Positions 21,427-31,429 are shown, numbered from the whole stretch's first letter. The stretch is 61,865 nucleotides of DNA, filler included, from 6 parts of 6 records of this genome joined end to end with filler, not necessarily neighbours in it; one strand, 5' to 3'. Program-made: numbers and translations. Notes: generated by a model from the sequence alone, not told the origin.

Positions 21427-21822
21427 TTAAATATTATCTATTTCCTTTTTATATACAGCCCAAAGAGTTTCATTTTTTTTGTCCAAACATTCTAATCCGT
21501 ATTGAAGCAAAGCGACTAAAGAAGGGGATATATTACCGGCTTCTTTAACCCGGTTATAAACCTCTATGGGAATAGGTAAATTAACAAATTTAGTATCATT
21601 ACGCCGCCCTGAACCGTTAACAATAATGAAAGGGCCATCCTCATGCCGGGGTATCGTGGAAAGACTTAAAGAAACCTTTGTTCCTTTCGGATCAGCAGGA
21701 CGACCTATTTTTTTTACTTTTTTATGTTTCTTTGAAGAGTCACCGTTTTGAATTTCATCCTGTTTTTTTAAGAGCCCTTTAGCCTTATCCTTTTTTAACG
21801 TGTTGAAATCATATTTTGCCAT
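21427..21822 (-). CDS. Putative centromere-binding partner of plasmid ParA (RHH-like C-terminus)
   Basis: Overlaps the parA stop by 1 nt; basic N-terminus; FVNLPIPIEVYNRVKE strand-helix pattern. Confidence 0.6.
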   Translation of the reverse strand: MAKYDFNTLKKDKAKGLLKKQDEIQNGDSSKKHKKVKKIGRPADPKGTKVSLSLSTIPRHEDGPFIIVNGSGRRNDTKFVNLPIPIEVYNRVKEAGNISPSLVALLQYGLECLDKKNETLWAVYKKEIDNI

Positions 21823-22409
21823 TATTTGAATTCCTTTATTAAGAGGTCGAACTGATCTTTAATTGATTGATAATTGTATTTTTTCAAACCGCCCTGGGCG
21901 ACCATATCGGCAATAGACATCTTATCAACCAAAAGATTTGGCATAGCCCTAGATTTTTTAATATTTAAAACGGGGAATTCAGGATAAAATTTTTGCATAG
22001 CAGCTTTGATATCCTGATAATCATCACGCCCCTTCTGCTTGCTTGTTTTGTTGGCAACAATAATAATATTTTGATTATGCTTTATAATTTCTTGAATAAA
22101 ATTAATTGTTGTATGAACATCTTTTAATTCATTTACAACCGGCACAACAACATAATCCGCTTGTTTAAGAGCAATGATAGCCCTTCCATCCAAATAGCCG
22201 CCCAAATCAAAAATAACGTCAAAATCATCTGGTAAGACCGGCATTTCTTCATCCGGATTAATTTTAAGATACTGACCATCATTAAGGCCCAATTCAACAG
22301 GGCTTAATGGTTCATTTGTAAGAAGATTAAAACCTAAAGTCATAGCCAAGTTGAGAGCTATATCAGTTTTACCCTGACCACCTTTGATATTGTAAATTAA
22401 AATTTTCAT
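21822..22409 (-). CDS. parA: Short plasmid ParA-family ATPase (type Ib-like)
   Basis: Deviant Walker A NIKGGQGKT at the N-terminus, VIFDLGG, IVANK. Confidence 0.88.
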   Translation of the reverse strand: MKILIYNIKGGQGKTDIALNLAMTLGFNLLTNEPLSPVELGLNDGQYLKINPDEEMPVLPDDFDVIFDLGGYLDGRAIIALKQADYVVVPVVNELKDVHTTINFIQEIIKHNQNIIIVANKTSKQKGRDDYQDIKAAMQKFYPEFPVLNIKKSRAMPNLLVDKMSIADMVAQGGLKKYNYQSIKDQFDLLIKEFK

Positions 22410-22587
22410 AGAGAATCCTTTAAATAATATTTTTGAATACTATTTAAACATACAATAATACTTTTTAAATATCAATAATAATTTAACAATACTTTTTAAG
22501 TATTATTAAATATAATTCCATATTATATAATATTTACTATTATAAACTAATATTATTAAATATGTAAAATTATATTGTGAAAAAAAT

Positions 22588-23080
22588 TTAACTGAAAGTA
22601 CGATAGTAAATATTAAATAGTTAATTTTTGTGGGAAGGAATAATATTCCGCTATTCTCCACGCAAAATTCTTTTTAGTTAACAGCTTAATTTTTTTACGG
22701 TTATTTTACGGCCCCTTGACTTAACTGAAAGTACGATAGTTTTTTTTAATTAAAGTAAATATTAAAAACAACATATTGGTCCTATGCTGTAAAAAAGTTA
22801 TAAAGATGTTCTAGAAAAGCTATAGAGGTTTTGGCAAAAAATCATTAAAATGCTGAAACCGTTGCGGATAAGGGCTTAAAGTTGCTTAACTTAATTAATA
22901 TATACTTAATCCTTAACTAAGAATACGATAGTTTTTAACTGAGAGTACGATAGTTCTTAACCAGGAGTACGATAGTTCTTAACTAAGAGTACGATAAGTT
23001 TAACTGAAAGTACGATAGTAGCAGATAAGAGATAATGAATTGAAACTCTTTGTGTTTGACTTAACTGAAAGTACGATAGT
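22588..23080 (+). repeat. Iteron array / plasmid replication origin
   Basis: Eight copies of 20-nt TTAACTGAAAGTACGATAGT (with variants) at 22588, 22721, 22913, 22935, 22957, 22979, 23000 and 23061; five are tandem at 21-22 nt spacing, preceded by a DnaA-box-like site (22863-22871) and an AT-rich stretch. Confidence 0.9.
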
Positions 23081-23132
23081 AGCCTTTTATAAAAAATTTG
23101 AAAGTCCAAAAACCTAACTTTTTAAAAATCCG

Positions 23133-23161
23133 TTGACCTTGGTATATCTATTATGTATGGT
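23133..23161 (+). promoter_or_regulatory. Putative sigma70 promoter of rep
   Basis: TTGACC-17 nt-TATGGT, followed by AAGGAG RBS before ATG 23201. Confidence 0.5.
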
Positions 23162-23200
23162 GCTTTCCAGCAAGGAAAAAATTTTTAAGGAGATAGCATT

Positions 23201-24544
23201 ATGGGCAAAGGTAAGGCTATTTCGGCTCCATCCAGGGATCGAGTAAAGCAGGATATTAATTTCCTGGAATACCCTATGTGGGCCGTAAGCAAAGGACTTT
23301 TCGAAAAGACCACTCTATATAGATTAGACAGCAAAACTGAAACATACGACGCCTATGTCTACAAAAAAGACGATAGGTTTATGATTGAGAGCATAACGGG
23401 AGTGCCTAAGCTTTTTGACGCCGTTGTACTTATGTACTTATTAAGGGAATCCCAAAAAAGAGGATTTTCAACGGTGATCGATAATCTTACGTATTACCAG
23501 ATATTGAAGGCTTGTGGGTATGGAGTTACCAAGAAGTACTATAACAAGCTGGAAAGCTGTCTGGATCTATGGTCGAAAACAACACTGCGGTTTTTCGGAT
23601 CTTTTTATACCGGGCCAAACAATCGAAAAAAAATGAATATATCTCCGATAGATAGTTGGGGATCAGATCAAATAAAGAAAAGAAAAACTATCTACGTTAG
23701 AATGGGCGCGGAATTTGTTCAAGCTCTTAAGGAAAGTAAGTATTTTAAATATATAGATTTTGAAGAATATAAAAAATTCACTAGCCCCCTGGCTGCCAGG
23801 TTAAACGAATTATTGGTTAAAAGTTTTTTAACCAATAAAGAATGGAAAATAAATATTTACTCCCTGGCCACCAAATTAACGCTTGATTTAAAATATCCAT
23901 CTCTCATGATTCAGAAAATAAACCCTGCCTTAAAACAGGTTAATAAGAATTCATCCAAATATATTTACAGCATGAGTAAGAAAAATAAAAACAACATTGT
24001 TGTTTTTACCAGGGCAAAAAGGGAGCCTTCGTTAGAAATTCCGGAAAAACTCTTAATTTTGATTCCAAAAAAACAAAGGCCAGATTCAAAAAACATTTGT
24101 TTAAAAATATTAAAGAATCAGGGTTTAGAAGCTTTAACTTTTTATATTAAAAATGCTAAAGCCCGAAACACTAAAGAACCGCTTGAATCATGGGGCGCTT
24201 GGATTGCCTCCGCCCTCAAGCGTAAAGAATATGATAACCATGTAAAATATATGGCGGATAAAAAAGCCGCTGCCGCTAAAGAAGCTATAAAGGCAACGCA
24301 AGAGGCAGAAGTTCGAAAAGATGAACAAACCCAGTTGCGAAAATTATATGAATTTAAGCTGTCAGAAATAAAAAATATGCCCGACGATGAACACGAAAAG
24401 TATTTAGTTTGGCTTAAAGAAAAAGGCAAAAAAGATACGGATTCAAAAAAAGCTTTATATCTTTTTCCTTTTTGGGAAGATATCCAAAAATCTTGTCTCA
24501 TAAGACCAAAAAGTGGCGAAAAAACCTTATTTGATGAAATATAA
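23201..24544 (+). CDS. Plasmid replication initiator protein
   Basis: Directly downstream of the iterons; DINFLEYPMW N-terminal motif and winged-helix-like pattern of RepA-type initiators. Confidence 0.8.
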   Translation: MGKGKAISAPSRDRVKQDINFLEYPMWAVSKGLFEKTTLYRLDSKTETYDAYVYKKDDRFMIESITGVPKLFDAVVLMYLLRESQKRGFSTVIDNLTYYQILKACGYGVTKKYYNKLESCLDLWSKTTLRFFGSFYTGPNNRKKMNISPIDSWGSDQIKKRKTIYVRMGAEFVQALKESKYFKYIDFEEYKKFTSPLAARLNELLVKSFLTNKEWKINIYSLATKLTLDLKYPSLMIQKINPALKQVNKNSSKYIYSMSKKNKNNIVVFTRAKREPSLEIPEKLLILIPKKQRPDSKNICLKILKNQGLEALTFYIKNAKARNTKEPLESWGAWIASALKRKEYDNHVKYMADKKAAAAKEAIKATQEAEVRKDEQTQLRKLYEFKLSEIKNMPDDEHEKYLVWLKEKGKKDTDSKKALYLFPFWEDIQKSCLIRPKSGEKTLFDEI

Positions 24545-24685
24545 TTAAAATGGGTAAAAAATGTTAGTTAAGTATAGTTAAAAACGCTATATTTAGGTAG
24601 TTTTTCTCACAAAAAACACGTTTTTATAATTGACACTCCCGTAAAAAAAGCGTAAAAAAACAATCAACAGGGTAGAGGAGTAACC

Positions 24686-24730
24686 CAAAATAAAACGGGG
24701 TAATCAGGTCGGGCAGGACCTGATTACCCC
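24686..24730 (-). terminator. Perfect 14-bp hairpin with a U-rich tail on the minus strand, in the leader of the transfer operon
   Basis: GGGGTAATCAGGTC-gggcag-GACCTGATTACCCC (24697-24730); the minus strand continues GTTTTATTTT. Confidence 0.6.
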
Positions 24731-24868
24731 TATCAATACACTATCAAGCAAGGAGCATAGCGCATTGAATCTGAGCTATATATCATATATTTTAGTCGAT
24801 CACCAATACGACTTTCATAGTTCCCTTAATATAACTACCTGCCCACATATTTCAATCGTGGGGGTAGA

Positions 24869-25159
24869 ATGTCCACCAATACTCATATTGTCAGAATTCC
24901 AGAAGAATTAAATAAAAAAGAATACATCAAAGCTGTTGGCTTAGGTCTGTATTTGATGATCGGGGAGAATTTTCTTCCACCCGCCAATTTTGAATCTGAA
25001 AATTGTGCTGCCCGGATAAATATATCCGATAAAGCCCAAGAGTGTCTTAACACGCTTTTGAAGCGTGATGAATTCAATAGTAAAAAGGAAGTTTTTAAAA
25101 CTGCTCTTTCATGCGTTGCGGATTGTCCAAAATGGATGAGGGACACAACTATTATTTAG
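24869..25159 (+). CDS. Small putative DNA-binding protein (RHH-like) heading the T4SS operon
   Basis: Two strand-helix patterns (HIVRIPEEL, RINISDKAQECL...SKKEVFKTAL); position before virB2. Confidence 0.5.
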   Translation: MSTNTHIVRIPEELNKKEYIKAVGLGLYLMIGENFLPPANFESENCAARINISDKAQECLNTLLKRDEFNSKKEVFKTALSCVADCPKWMRDTTII

Positions 25160-25170
25160 GAGATATAACA

Positions 25171-25467
25171 ATGCAACTAACTCAAAAAACAAAGATTTTT
25201 TATTGCTGGATCGTGGCTTTTCTTGTTCTTAAGGTAAATACAGTATTCGCGGACGATGACCCATTTAGCACTGGAACTGAAAAGGTAAACCTCCTGGTGA
25301 CAGCACTATCCGGACCGTTCACCGTTGCTCTTTTGACCCTGGTAATTATTTTTGCCGGGTTAGCAATGCTGTTTAACAAGTTGCGTATGGATTGGGCGCT
25401 GAAAATCGGCGGGGGAGCCCTGCTTATCCTTGTTGCCGGACAGCTCGCTGGTTGGTGGCTTTCTTGA
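25171..25467 (+). CDS. virB2: T4SS major pilin VirB2/TrbC
   Basis: AGGAG RBS then ATG 25171; signal peptide ending VFA; two hydrophobic helices; first gene of the cluster. Confidence 0.85.
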   Translation: MQLTQKTKIFYCWIVAFLVLKVNTVFADDDPFSTGTEKVNLLVTALSGPFTVALLTLVIIFAGLAMLFNKLRMDWALKIGGGALLILVAGQLAGWWLS

Positions 25468-25739
25468 TGAACAAAAAGACGATTTATCCGACGCCTTGGA
25501 AACCCACAATGGTTAAGGGAATTCCGAGAGATTATGCATTTTTCGCTTTTTTTGTCTGTACTATCCTTGCTGCGCTCTGTGGCCAAATTCTCTTAATGTT
25601 CCCTTTTTTGGTTGTTGCCGAAGGATACGGATACCTCAAAGCTAAAGAAGATCCCGAATTTTTCACTGTTCACGCTGTAAGAATTTTAAAACTCAAAGCA
25701 ACTAAAGGAGATTACAAAGGCCGTGAATATATTCCCTAA
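25467..25739 (+). CDS. virB3: T4SS protein VirB3
   Basis: TGATG coupling with virB2; KPTMVKGIP...KEDPEFF pattern with two TMs. Confidence 0.85.
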   Translation: MNKKTIYPTPWKPTMVKGIPRDYAFFAFFVCTILAALCGQILLMFPFLVVAEGYGYLKAKEDPEFFTVHAVRILKLKATKGDYKGREYIP

Positions 25740-28029
25740 TCAAAATCTATCTAAAATGGATACAATGTGTCCGATTGCAGCGTTATGGCCTAAGGATAAT
25801 GTTACCATTACCAGAGGCGGAAAGTTTGCCCGGGTAGTTGAATTGACGGGTAAAGATTATTCTGGGCTGGCCCCTGAGATTATAGATTCGCTTTTTGAAA
25901 CTCGTAAGGGGTTTTTTGAAAGCCTTGATTCCGATATTACTATACTCCAACATAGTCACAGGATGAGGATAGAACGAAACGTAGAAAAAGAGCATTTTTC
26001 TAACGCCATGGCCGGGCAAATATCTAATACCTGGAACAGTCAATTCAAAAAATCATATAGAACCAAGCATTATTTAATTTTCGTAACGGACCCGGATATC
26101 AAAGATCAATTACAATTATTGGTTCGGTCCCGGGATGATGGGGAAACCCGGGACGATGAGCTTTTACGCAAATTAGATGATTGTATAAAAGATATTCTTG
26201 TCCGGCTGGAGAGCTATGGTCCCAGGGAGTTATCCGGGGATGATTTATCCAGCTATTGGGGTTTTTTGATAAACGGCAGGCCTGTGTATCAAAAAGCTCC
26301 TAAAGATGGTTTGTTGGATGGTTTGCTATCCGGTACCGGGGTTCGGTGGCCCAGGAGAGCAAGATATCAAATATATGATGCCGAACAAGAGAGATATTCG
26401 GCCTGGCTGTATATTAAAGCTCCGGCTACAACTACATCTCAAGGGCTTTTAGATCGACTTTTTGAAGTTAAAGAAGATTTTTCGGTTTATCAAACAATGG
26501 CCACGGCATCAAAGCCCGAAGCTATGAGCATTATAGAAGATAAAATGAAAAATGCGACTGTGTTTACTCATGCGCCGGCAATTATTCAATTGGAGTTGCA
26601 GGAACTTGAAGCACGGGTTCAAGCTGATGAATTGAGTATGGTTAACCATAGATGGGCTATTGAAGTCTTTGGCGATACCTTAAAGGACTTGGAAAACAGT
26701 ATCACAATAGTAAAAAATACAATTGAAAATTTTGGATACAGAACCGTTCGAGAACGGATTAATCAAGAAGCTCTTTTTTGGTCCAGGTTTCCGGAATTCC
26801 ATAATTTAAATTGCCGGTCAAGAATACTAACGTCTGAGAATATTGCCCATTTTGCGACATTTGCGACGGTCGGGGAAGGATACGAAAGTTGCTCTTGGGG
26901 GAAGGCACCGGTGTCTGTTTTTAAGACTAAGGCTGAATCAGAATATAGTTTTATTTTTCATGTTAGTCCCGAAAAAGATGTTTTAGGCAATACTCTTGTA
27001 ATTGGCGGTACCGGTTCAGGAAAAACAACATTTATCAGCTTTCTTTTATCGCAATGTTTTAAATATCCAGACTTTAGAATTTTAGCTTTTGACCGTTTAC
27101 GCGGCATGAAAATTTTTACTCGGGTGCATGGCGGTAATTATCAAGATTTTGCCAAGGCGCCCTCTATTAATCCTTTGCAATTAGACGATTCCGTAGAGAA
27201 CAGGGCGTTTTTAACCCAATGGTTTCAGGTTTTAACCGGAAAAACAGATGAACAATCATTAGAAACAATAGACCAGGCCATAATTCAAATGTTCACGTTA
27301 GATCGAAAGGAGAGAACTCTAGAAAATTTGGCTGATGCTTTTATGCTGAAAGAGAAAGGATCCATTCGAAAAGCTTTGGACCGGTGGTTACCTGGCGGAG
27401 CTTTGGGTGATTTTTTTAATGGGAAAAGGGATTCTCTAGATTTTGAAAATCCTCTGGTTGCATTTGATATGTCCACTTTACTGTCTTCGCCGGATATTTT
27501 GGGACCAATGACCTATTATCTTTTTCACAAGCTTTTTTTGACTGCCCGGAAAAAGGGCGGCTATGCTGTTTTTGTGGACGAGCTGGGGAAATACTTAAAT
27601 TCTGAATTATTCGCTCCGAAAATTGAAATGATGTTGGAAGAAATCAGAAAAACCAACGGTATTTTTATCGGTGCTATTCAGGAAGCCGGGTCCGTTCTGG
27701 ATCACAAAATAGCCCCGAAGATAAAAAACAACATAGGTACATATATTCTTTTTCCCGAACCCAGGGCAGAAAGAAATCATTATGTCAAAGAACTTCGATT
27801 AAATGACACCGAATTCAACTGGATAAAAAAGCCTCATCCCCGAGAGGTAATGGTGAAAAGAAAAGACGGTGAAAGTGTTATTTTGAACATAGATTTAAAG
27901 CCGTTAAATAGATATCTGCAAGTTTTTGATTCTAGTTCTGATTCTGTGGATAAAATGGAAAATTTAAGGAGAAAAACCGATGACTGGAAAACCTTGTTTA
28001 TCAATGGCGATCGCCGCAAATACAATTAA
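25723..28029 (+). CDS. virB4: T4SS ATPase VirB4
   Basis: GGTGSGKT Walker A, FDRLRG, INPLQL, FVDE and RKTNG motifs. Confidence 0.93.
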   Translation: MNIFPNQNLSKMDTMCPIAALWPKDNVTITRGGKFARVVELTGKDYSGLAPEIIDSLFETRKGFFESLDSDITILQHSHRMRIERNVEKEHFSNAMAGQISNTWNSQFKKSYRTKHYLIFVTDPDIKDQLQLLVRSRDDGETRDDELLRKLDDCIKDILVRLESYGPRELSGDDLSSYWGFLINGRPVYQKAPKDGLLDGLLSGTGVRWPRRARYQIYDAEQERYSAWLYIKAPATTTSQGLLDRLFEVKEDFSVYQTMATASKPEAMSIIEDKMKNATVFTHAPAIIQLELQELEARVQADELSMVNHRWAIEVFGDTLKDLENSITIVKNTIENFGYRTVRERINQEALFWSRFPEFHNLNCRSRILTSENIAHFATFATVGEGYESCSWGKAPVSVFKTKAESEYSFIFHVSPEKDVLGNTLVIGGTGSGKTTFISFLLSQCFKYPDFRILAFDRLRGMKIFTRVHGGNYQDFAKAPSINPLQLDDSVENRAFLTQWFQVLTGKTDEQSLETIDQAIIQMFTLDRKERTLENLADAFMLKEKGSIRKALDRWLPGGALGDFFNGKRDSLDFENPLVAFDMSTLLSSPDILGPMTYYLFHKLFLTARKKGGYAVFVDELGKYLNSELFAPKIEMMLEEIRKTNGIFIGAIQEAGSVLDHKIAPKIKNNIGTYILFPEPRAERNHYVKELRLNDTEFNWIKKPHPREVMVKRKDGESVILNIDLKPLNRYLQVFDSSSDSVDKMENLRRKTDDWKTLFINGDRRKYN

Positions 28030-28042
28030 GAAAGGATGTTTT

Positions 28043-28633
28043 ATGAAAACAGTATTTAAAATGACCTTAATTATTATTTTTTCATTATCTTTAAGTTCCT
28101 GTCTTCTTCCTGAGAAATTTGAAAGCACCGTTGAAGTTAAGGCAAGCGATGAATACAAAGCAGAATTTTCCGGAACCATGGTGTTTGCTCCTGCTCAAGT
28201 AGAATTGGTAAATGGCGGAAAATTGACACAAAGCTTTGAAGCTGAATTAAAAGAATTCTCAAAGGAAATTCTCAAAGATAAAGTCTTTAAAAGTGCTGAA
28301 TATATAGGAAACGCTAAATACCAAATTACCGCTTCCGATGAGGGTAAATTGATTGAAACAGTTGCTTTCTTACCCGGGGATCTGTGTTTCATTACCATCA
28401 CCCCATTGCCAAATAATCAAGTTGAAATCAAAGGAATAGAATTAGGGCCAAACGACATTAAAGAATTAATTTCCTTGGGAATTAATTTAGACGGCACCTT
28501 TCATTTAAAAACTAAGGGTAAGGTTATAAAAAATAATGCAACGTCTAAGCCTAAATTCGGCATGTTCGGCGGGTATACCTGGAAAATAAAATCCTATGAA
28601 GACCCCTCTATTTACGCATTGATTCAATTTTAA
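28043..28633 (+). CDS. Lipoprotein of unknown function inside the T4SS operon
   Basis: AAGGA RBS, ATG 28043, lipobox LSSC. Confidence 0.75.
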   Translation: MKTVFKMTLIIIFSLSLSSCLLPEKFESTVEVKASDEYKAEFSGTMVFAPAQVELVNGGKLTQSFEAELKEFSKEILKDKVFKSAEYIGNAKYQITASDEGKLIETVAFLPGDLCFITITPLPNNQVEIKGIELGPNDIKELISLGINLDGTFHLKTKGKVIKNNATSKPKFGMFGGYTWKIKSYEDPSIYALIQF

Positions 28634-28642
28634 GGACTATAA

Positions 28643-29506
28643 ATGAGAAAAATATTTTTCTTAACCATCCTTTTGTTGATTCCATCCCAAGCATTTGCCC
28701 TTTTTGGTGCAGGGGATATTGTTTCAGACCCTGGCAGCTATTCGTATTACGTTGAGCAAATCAAGATAGCCACCGAAGAGTTTGAAAATATGCAAAAGCA
28801 GCTTGAGACGGCTCAAAACACCTTGGAAGAAACCCAAAAAATGCGGGGCCTCCTGGAAGGCACTTATAGCCATGCTACGCAGACCATAGCAGACCTTAGA
28901 GATTTTCAAAAAAAATTAAAATCTGAGCCTTCGGCATTGCTGAACTATGCACAAAAATTTCTTAAAACAGAAATCCATGGATCAGAAGGGGAGTGGATAG
29001 ATGCAGAGGATCTTATCAGAGGTGTCTTTATAGATCCTCGTAAGAAGGGCAATGGTAAAAGTATCCCGGATGATGTGGCTGAAATTATGAAGCAGGCCAA
29101 TGATAGATTCCATTTGAGACAAAAGACTTTAGAACAAACCATTCTCAAAGCCGAAGATTTACATAAAAGGATGCCGGAAAAGTATCAAAAAATTGAAGAG
29201 GCCGCCGCAAAAATCAATATTACTGCAAGCGTTAAAGAGGCGATGGATTTAAATAATCAGCTTTTAGCAGAAATATGGAGAGCAATTACCGATTTAACAA
29301 GCTTGACTGGCTATATTGGTGAAGCCCAAGCAATGCTTTATTACCAGGGGGTAAATAATAATACCTCGGTTCAAATGACAGAAAATATAGAAAACGATAA
29401 TGCCCTTATAAAAACCTACAGGCCCAATGACGAATATTTGGATAGGAATAATATCGACACAGATCAGACCTCTGAAAAATTCTTATTACAATTAATTGAA
29501 GACTAA
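28643..29506 (+). CDS. virB5: T4SS minor pilin VirB5/TrbJ-like
   Basis: Signal peptide, GDIVSDP motif, helical Gln/Glu-rich body, upstream of virB6. Confidence 0.75.
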   Translation: MRKIFFLTILLLIPSQAFALFGAGDIVSDPGSYSYYVEQIKIATEEFENMQKQLETAQNTLEETQKMRGLLEGTYSHATQTIADLRDFQKKLKSEPSALLNYAQKFLKTEIHGSEGEWIDAEDLIRGVFIDPRKKGNGKSIPDDVAEIMKQANDRFHLRQKTLEQTILKAEDLHKRMPEKYQKIEEAAAKINITASVKEAMDLNNQLLAEIWRAITDLTSLTGYIGEAQAMLYYQGVNNNTSVQMTENIENDNALIKTYRPNDEYLDRNNIDTDQTSEKFLLQLIED

Positions 29507-29520
29507 AGGTAATACTATTT

Positions 29521-30597
29521 ATGGAACCTTTTTTAAGAAGTTTATTTGCCACATTCATGAATCAGTTGGATTTATATCTTGAAAATATATTTCCCGCTCT
29601 CATGAACTCTTTTGGTAATTTTGGCCGGGCCTTTGTTGTCCTTTATATTATTATTGTTGGTTTTTGCATTATGAAGGGGTGGTCTGGTGAAAAAACAAAA
29701 GAATTTTTAGTAAGCCTCATTCTTTTGCCTGTGGTTTGGGGTTTTATTTTTGAAGGGTCTTCCGTTTACAATTCTTGGATTGTAACACCAATTGTTAAAA
29801 CAACGTTGAATTTATCAAGCTTTTTTATAGGTGGAGTACAAGACTCTAACTTTACTGCTGGCGCAGGTCTTGGTGATTTATTCTCAAATTTAGACTCATT
29901 ATCACACGATATCTTTAATTTATTACTTAAGACTAAACCTTCTGGCAACTTCATGACTAATGCCTGGGTTTATATTCAAGTAGGAGTTTTGGCAACGTTT
30001 CTTTTTGCTGCCTACGTGGCTGTGTGTGGAGTTTTTGTGTTCTTAATAATCATGGGTTTCTTTTCCATGTATGTTTTTTTTATAGTTGGCGGTATCTGTA
30101 TTTTTTTTGTGTCCTTCGCCAAGACTCGACACATTTTTTACGGTTGGCTCAAAGGCATTGCCAACTTTTCATTAATCATAATTTTTACAAGCATCATTAT
30201 GGCAATTTGCTATTCCGGTATGCAAGATTCAATTAATCAGCTTTTAGAATTAAAGGGTGCAAATCGTTTATTTTCACCTCAATATTTAGGGGTAATTTGT
30301 TGGTGTATTTTTACTTTTGGCGTTCTTCTGAAAGGCGCTGATTATGCATCAACCTTAACCGGTGATATGTCCGGTAGTACTGCGGCTATAGCTGCGGGTG
30401 TCGGCAAAGTAGCCGGTATTGCCGGGGCTGTTGCTGGCGGCGGTTTAATGGCCGGTGCCGCAGCCGGAGGGCAGGGTGGGGCAGCCCTTGCCAAAATGGG
30501 AGTCTCTAAAGGTGGTCAAATGGCATCCGGAGGAATTACCCGGGCTTATAGTGCAATGAAAGGTGTAATTAACCAAAAACCAAAGCAAGGAGAGTAA
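29521..30597 (+). CDS. virB6: T4SS inner-membrane protein VirB6
   Basis: Polytopic membrane protein with TRHIFYGWLK motif and Gly/Ala-rich tail. Confidence 0.88.
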   Translation: MEPFLRSLFATFMNQLDLYLENIFPALMNSFGNFGRAFVVLYIIIVGFCIMKGWSGEKTKEFLVSLILLPVVWGFIFEGSSVYNSWIVTPIVKTTLNLSSFFIGGVQDSNFTAGAGLGDLFSNLDSLSHDIFNLLLKTKPSGNFMTNAWVYIQVGVLATFLFAAYVAVCGVFVFLIIMGFFSMYVFFIVGGICIFFVSFAKTRHIFYGWLKGIANFSLIIIFTSIIMAICYSGMQDSINQLLELKGANRLFSPQYLGVICWCIFTFGVLLKGADYASTLTGDMSGSTAAIAAGVGKVAGIAGAVAGGGLMAGAAAGGQGGAALAKMGVSKGGQMASGGITRAYSAMKGVINQKPKQGE

Positions 30598-30599
30598 AA

Positions 30600-30737
30600 A
30601 TGAAAAAATTGATTTTCGCAATGTTTGTAATTTGTCTTTTAAGCGGTTGCTCTATTCTCAACAAGGAACCCGAAAATCCAAATAAACTTAAAAGATCCCC
30701 GTGTGCATGTATGCCATTGGATATTAAACAAGGGTAA
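30600..30737 (+). CDS. virB7: T4SS lipoprotein VirB7-like (45 aa)
   Basis: Not in ORF track. MKKLIFAMFVICLLSGCSILNKEPENPNKLKRSPCACMPLDIKQG; lipobox LSGC; AGGAG RBS; between virB6 and virB8. Confidence 0.8.
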   Translation: MKKLIFAMFVICLLSGCSILNKEPENPNKLKRSPCACMPLDIKQG

Positions 30738-30742
30738 TCGTT

Positions 30743-31426
30743 ATGTCTAAACGAAATGAAAACCCCTCTTTTCCATGGCTCCAGGCCGTAACAAATAATC
30801 GTATTTTGATTTTTGTGGTAATTGTTTTGGGCATTGTATGTCTTGGCCTGGGCCTGGCCCTTGCATTTCTATTCCCTCTGAAGACCATAGAGCCGATTTA
30901 TGTTGAATTCCAGCATAGCACTAATAGCTTTGTGGTTGTTCAGAGGGCAGGGCGTAAGGTCCGGACAAATGATTTGCTTAAATCTATGTTTCTTCGGTCT
31001 TATGTCTCATCCCGGGAAACAGTGGATAAGGTAACGGAAAGAGACCGCTATCAGTTTGTTGTGGCTTTAAGTGGTGATACGGTTGCCAAGACATTCAAAG
31101 AGATTTACGGCAATAAAAAAACCGGCCTGTATTATCAAGAAGGCCGGAAAAGATATGTTCACATCATCAGTGATAACTCCCTGGGAGCGGGGTATCATCA
31201 GATTATGATAGAAACATCGGACGTTGACGAAAAGATAGACAGAGACAAAGACGGCAAGGCCGATGTGAGAAAAACAGAATGGATCATAACCTTAAGATAT
31301 GGTTTTTATGATCAGCAAGTTAATCTTGATCCCCGCAAGGGCGGGGCACACCTCCTGAATCCCATGGGGATCCAGATCGAAGAATATTCAATTAAAAAAT
31401 TGGCAAAGGCAAGCAAGGGAGAATAA
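30743..31426 (+). CDS. virB8: T4SS protein VirB8
   Basis: Single TM followed by LFPLKT, YVSSRE and NPMGIQIEEY motifs. Confidence 0.92.
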   Translation: MSKRNENPSFPWLQAVTNNRILIFVVIVLGIVCLGLGLALAFLFPLKTIEPIYVEFQHSTNSFVVVQRAGRKVRTNDLLKSMFLRSYVSSRETVDKVTERDRYQFVVALSGDTVAKTFKEIYGNKKTGLYYQEGRKRYVHIISDNSLGAGYHQIMIETSDVDEKIDRDKDGKADVRKTEWIITLRYGFYDQQVNLDPRKGGAHLLNPMGIQIEEYSIKKLAKASKGE

Positions 31427-31429
31427 GCA

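Noticed and set aside
22913-23019. Tandem 20-nt repeats as a CRISPR array
   Set aside because: Only 1-2 nt between copies, no unique spacers and no cas genes; position before rep fits iterons
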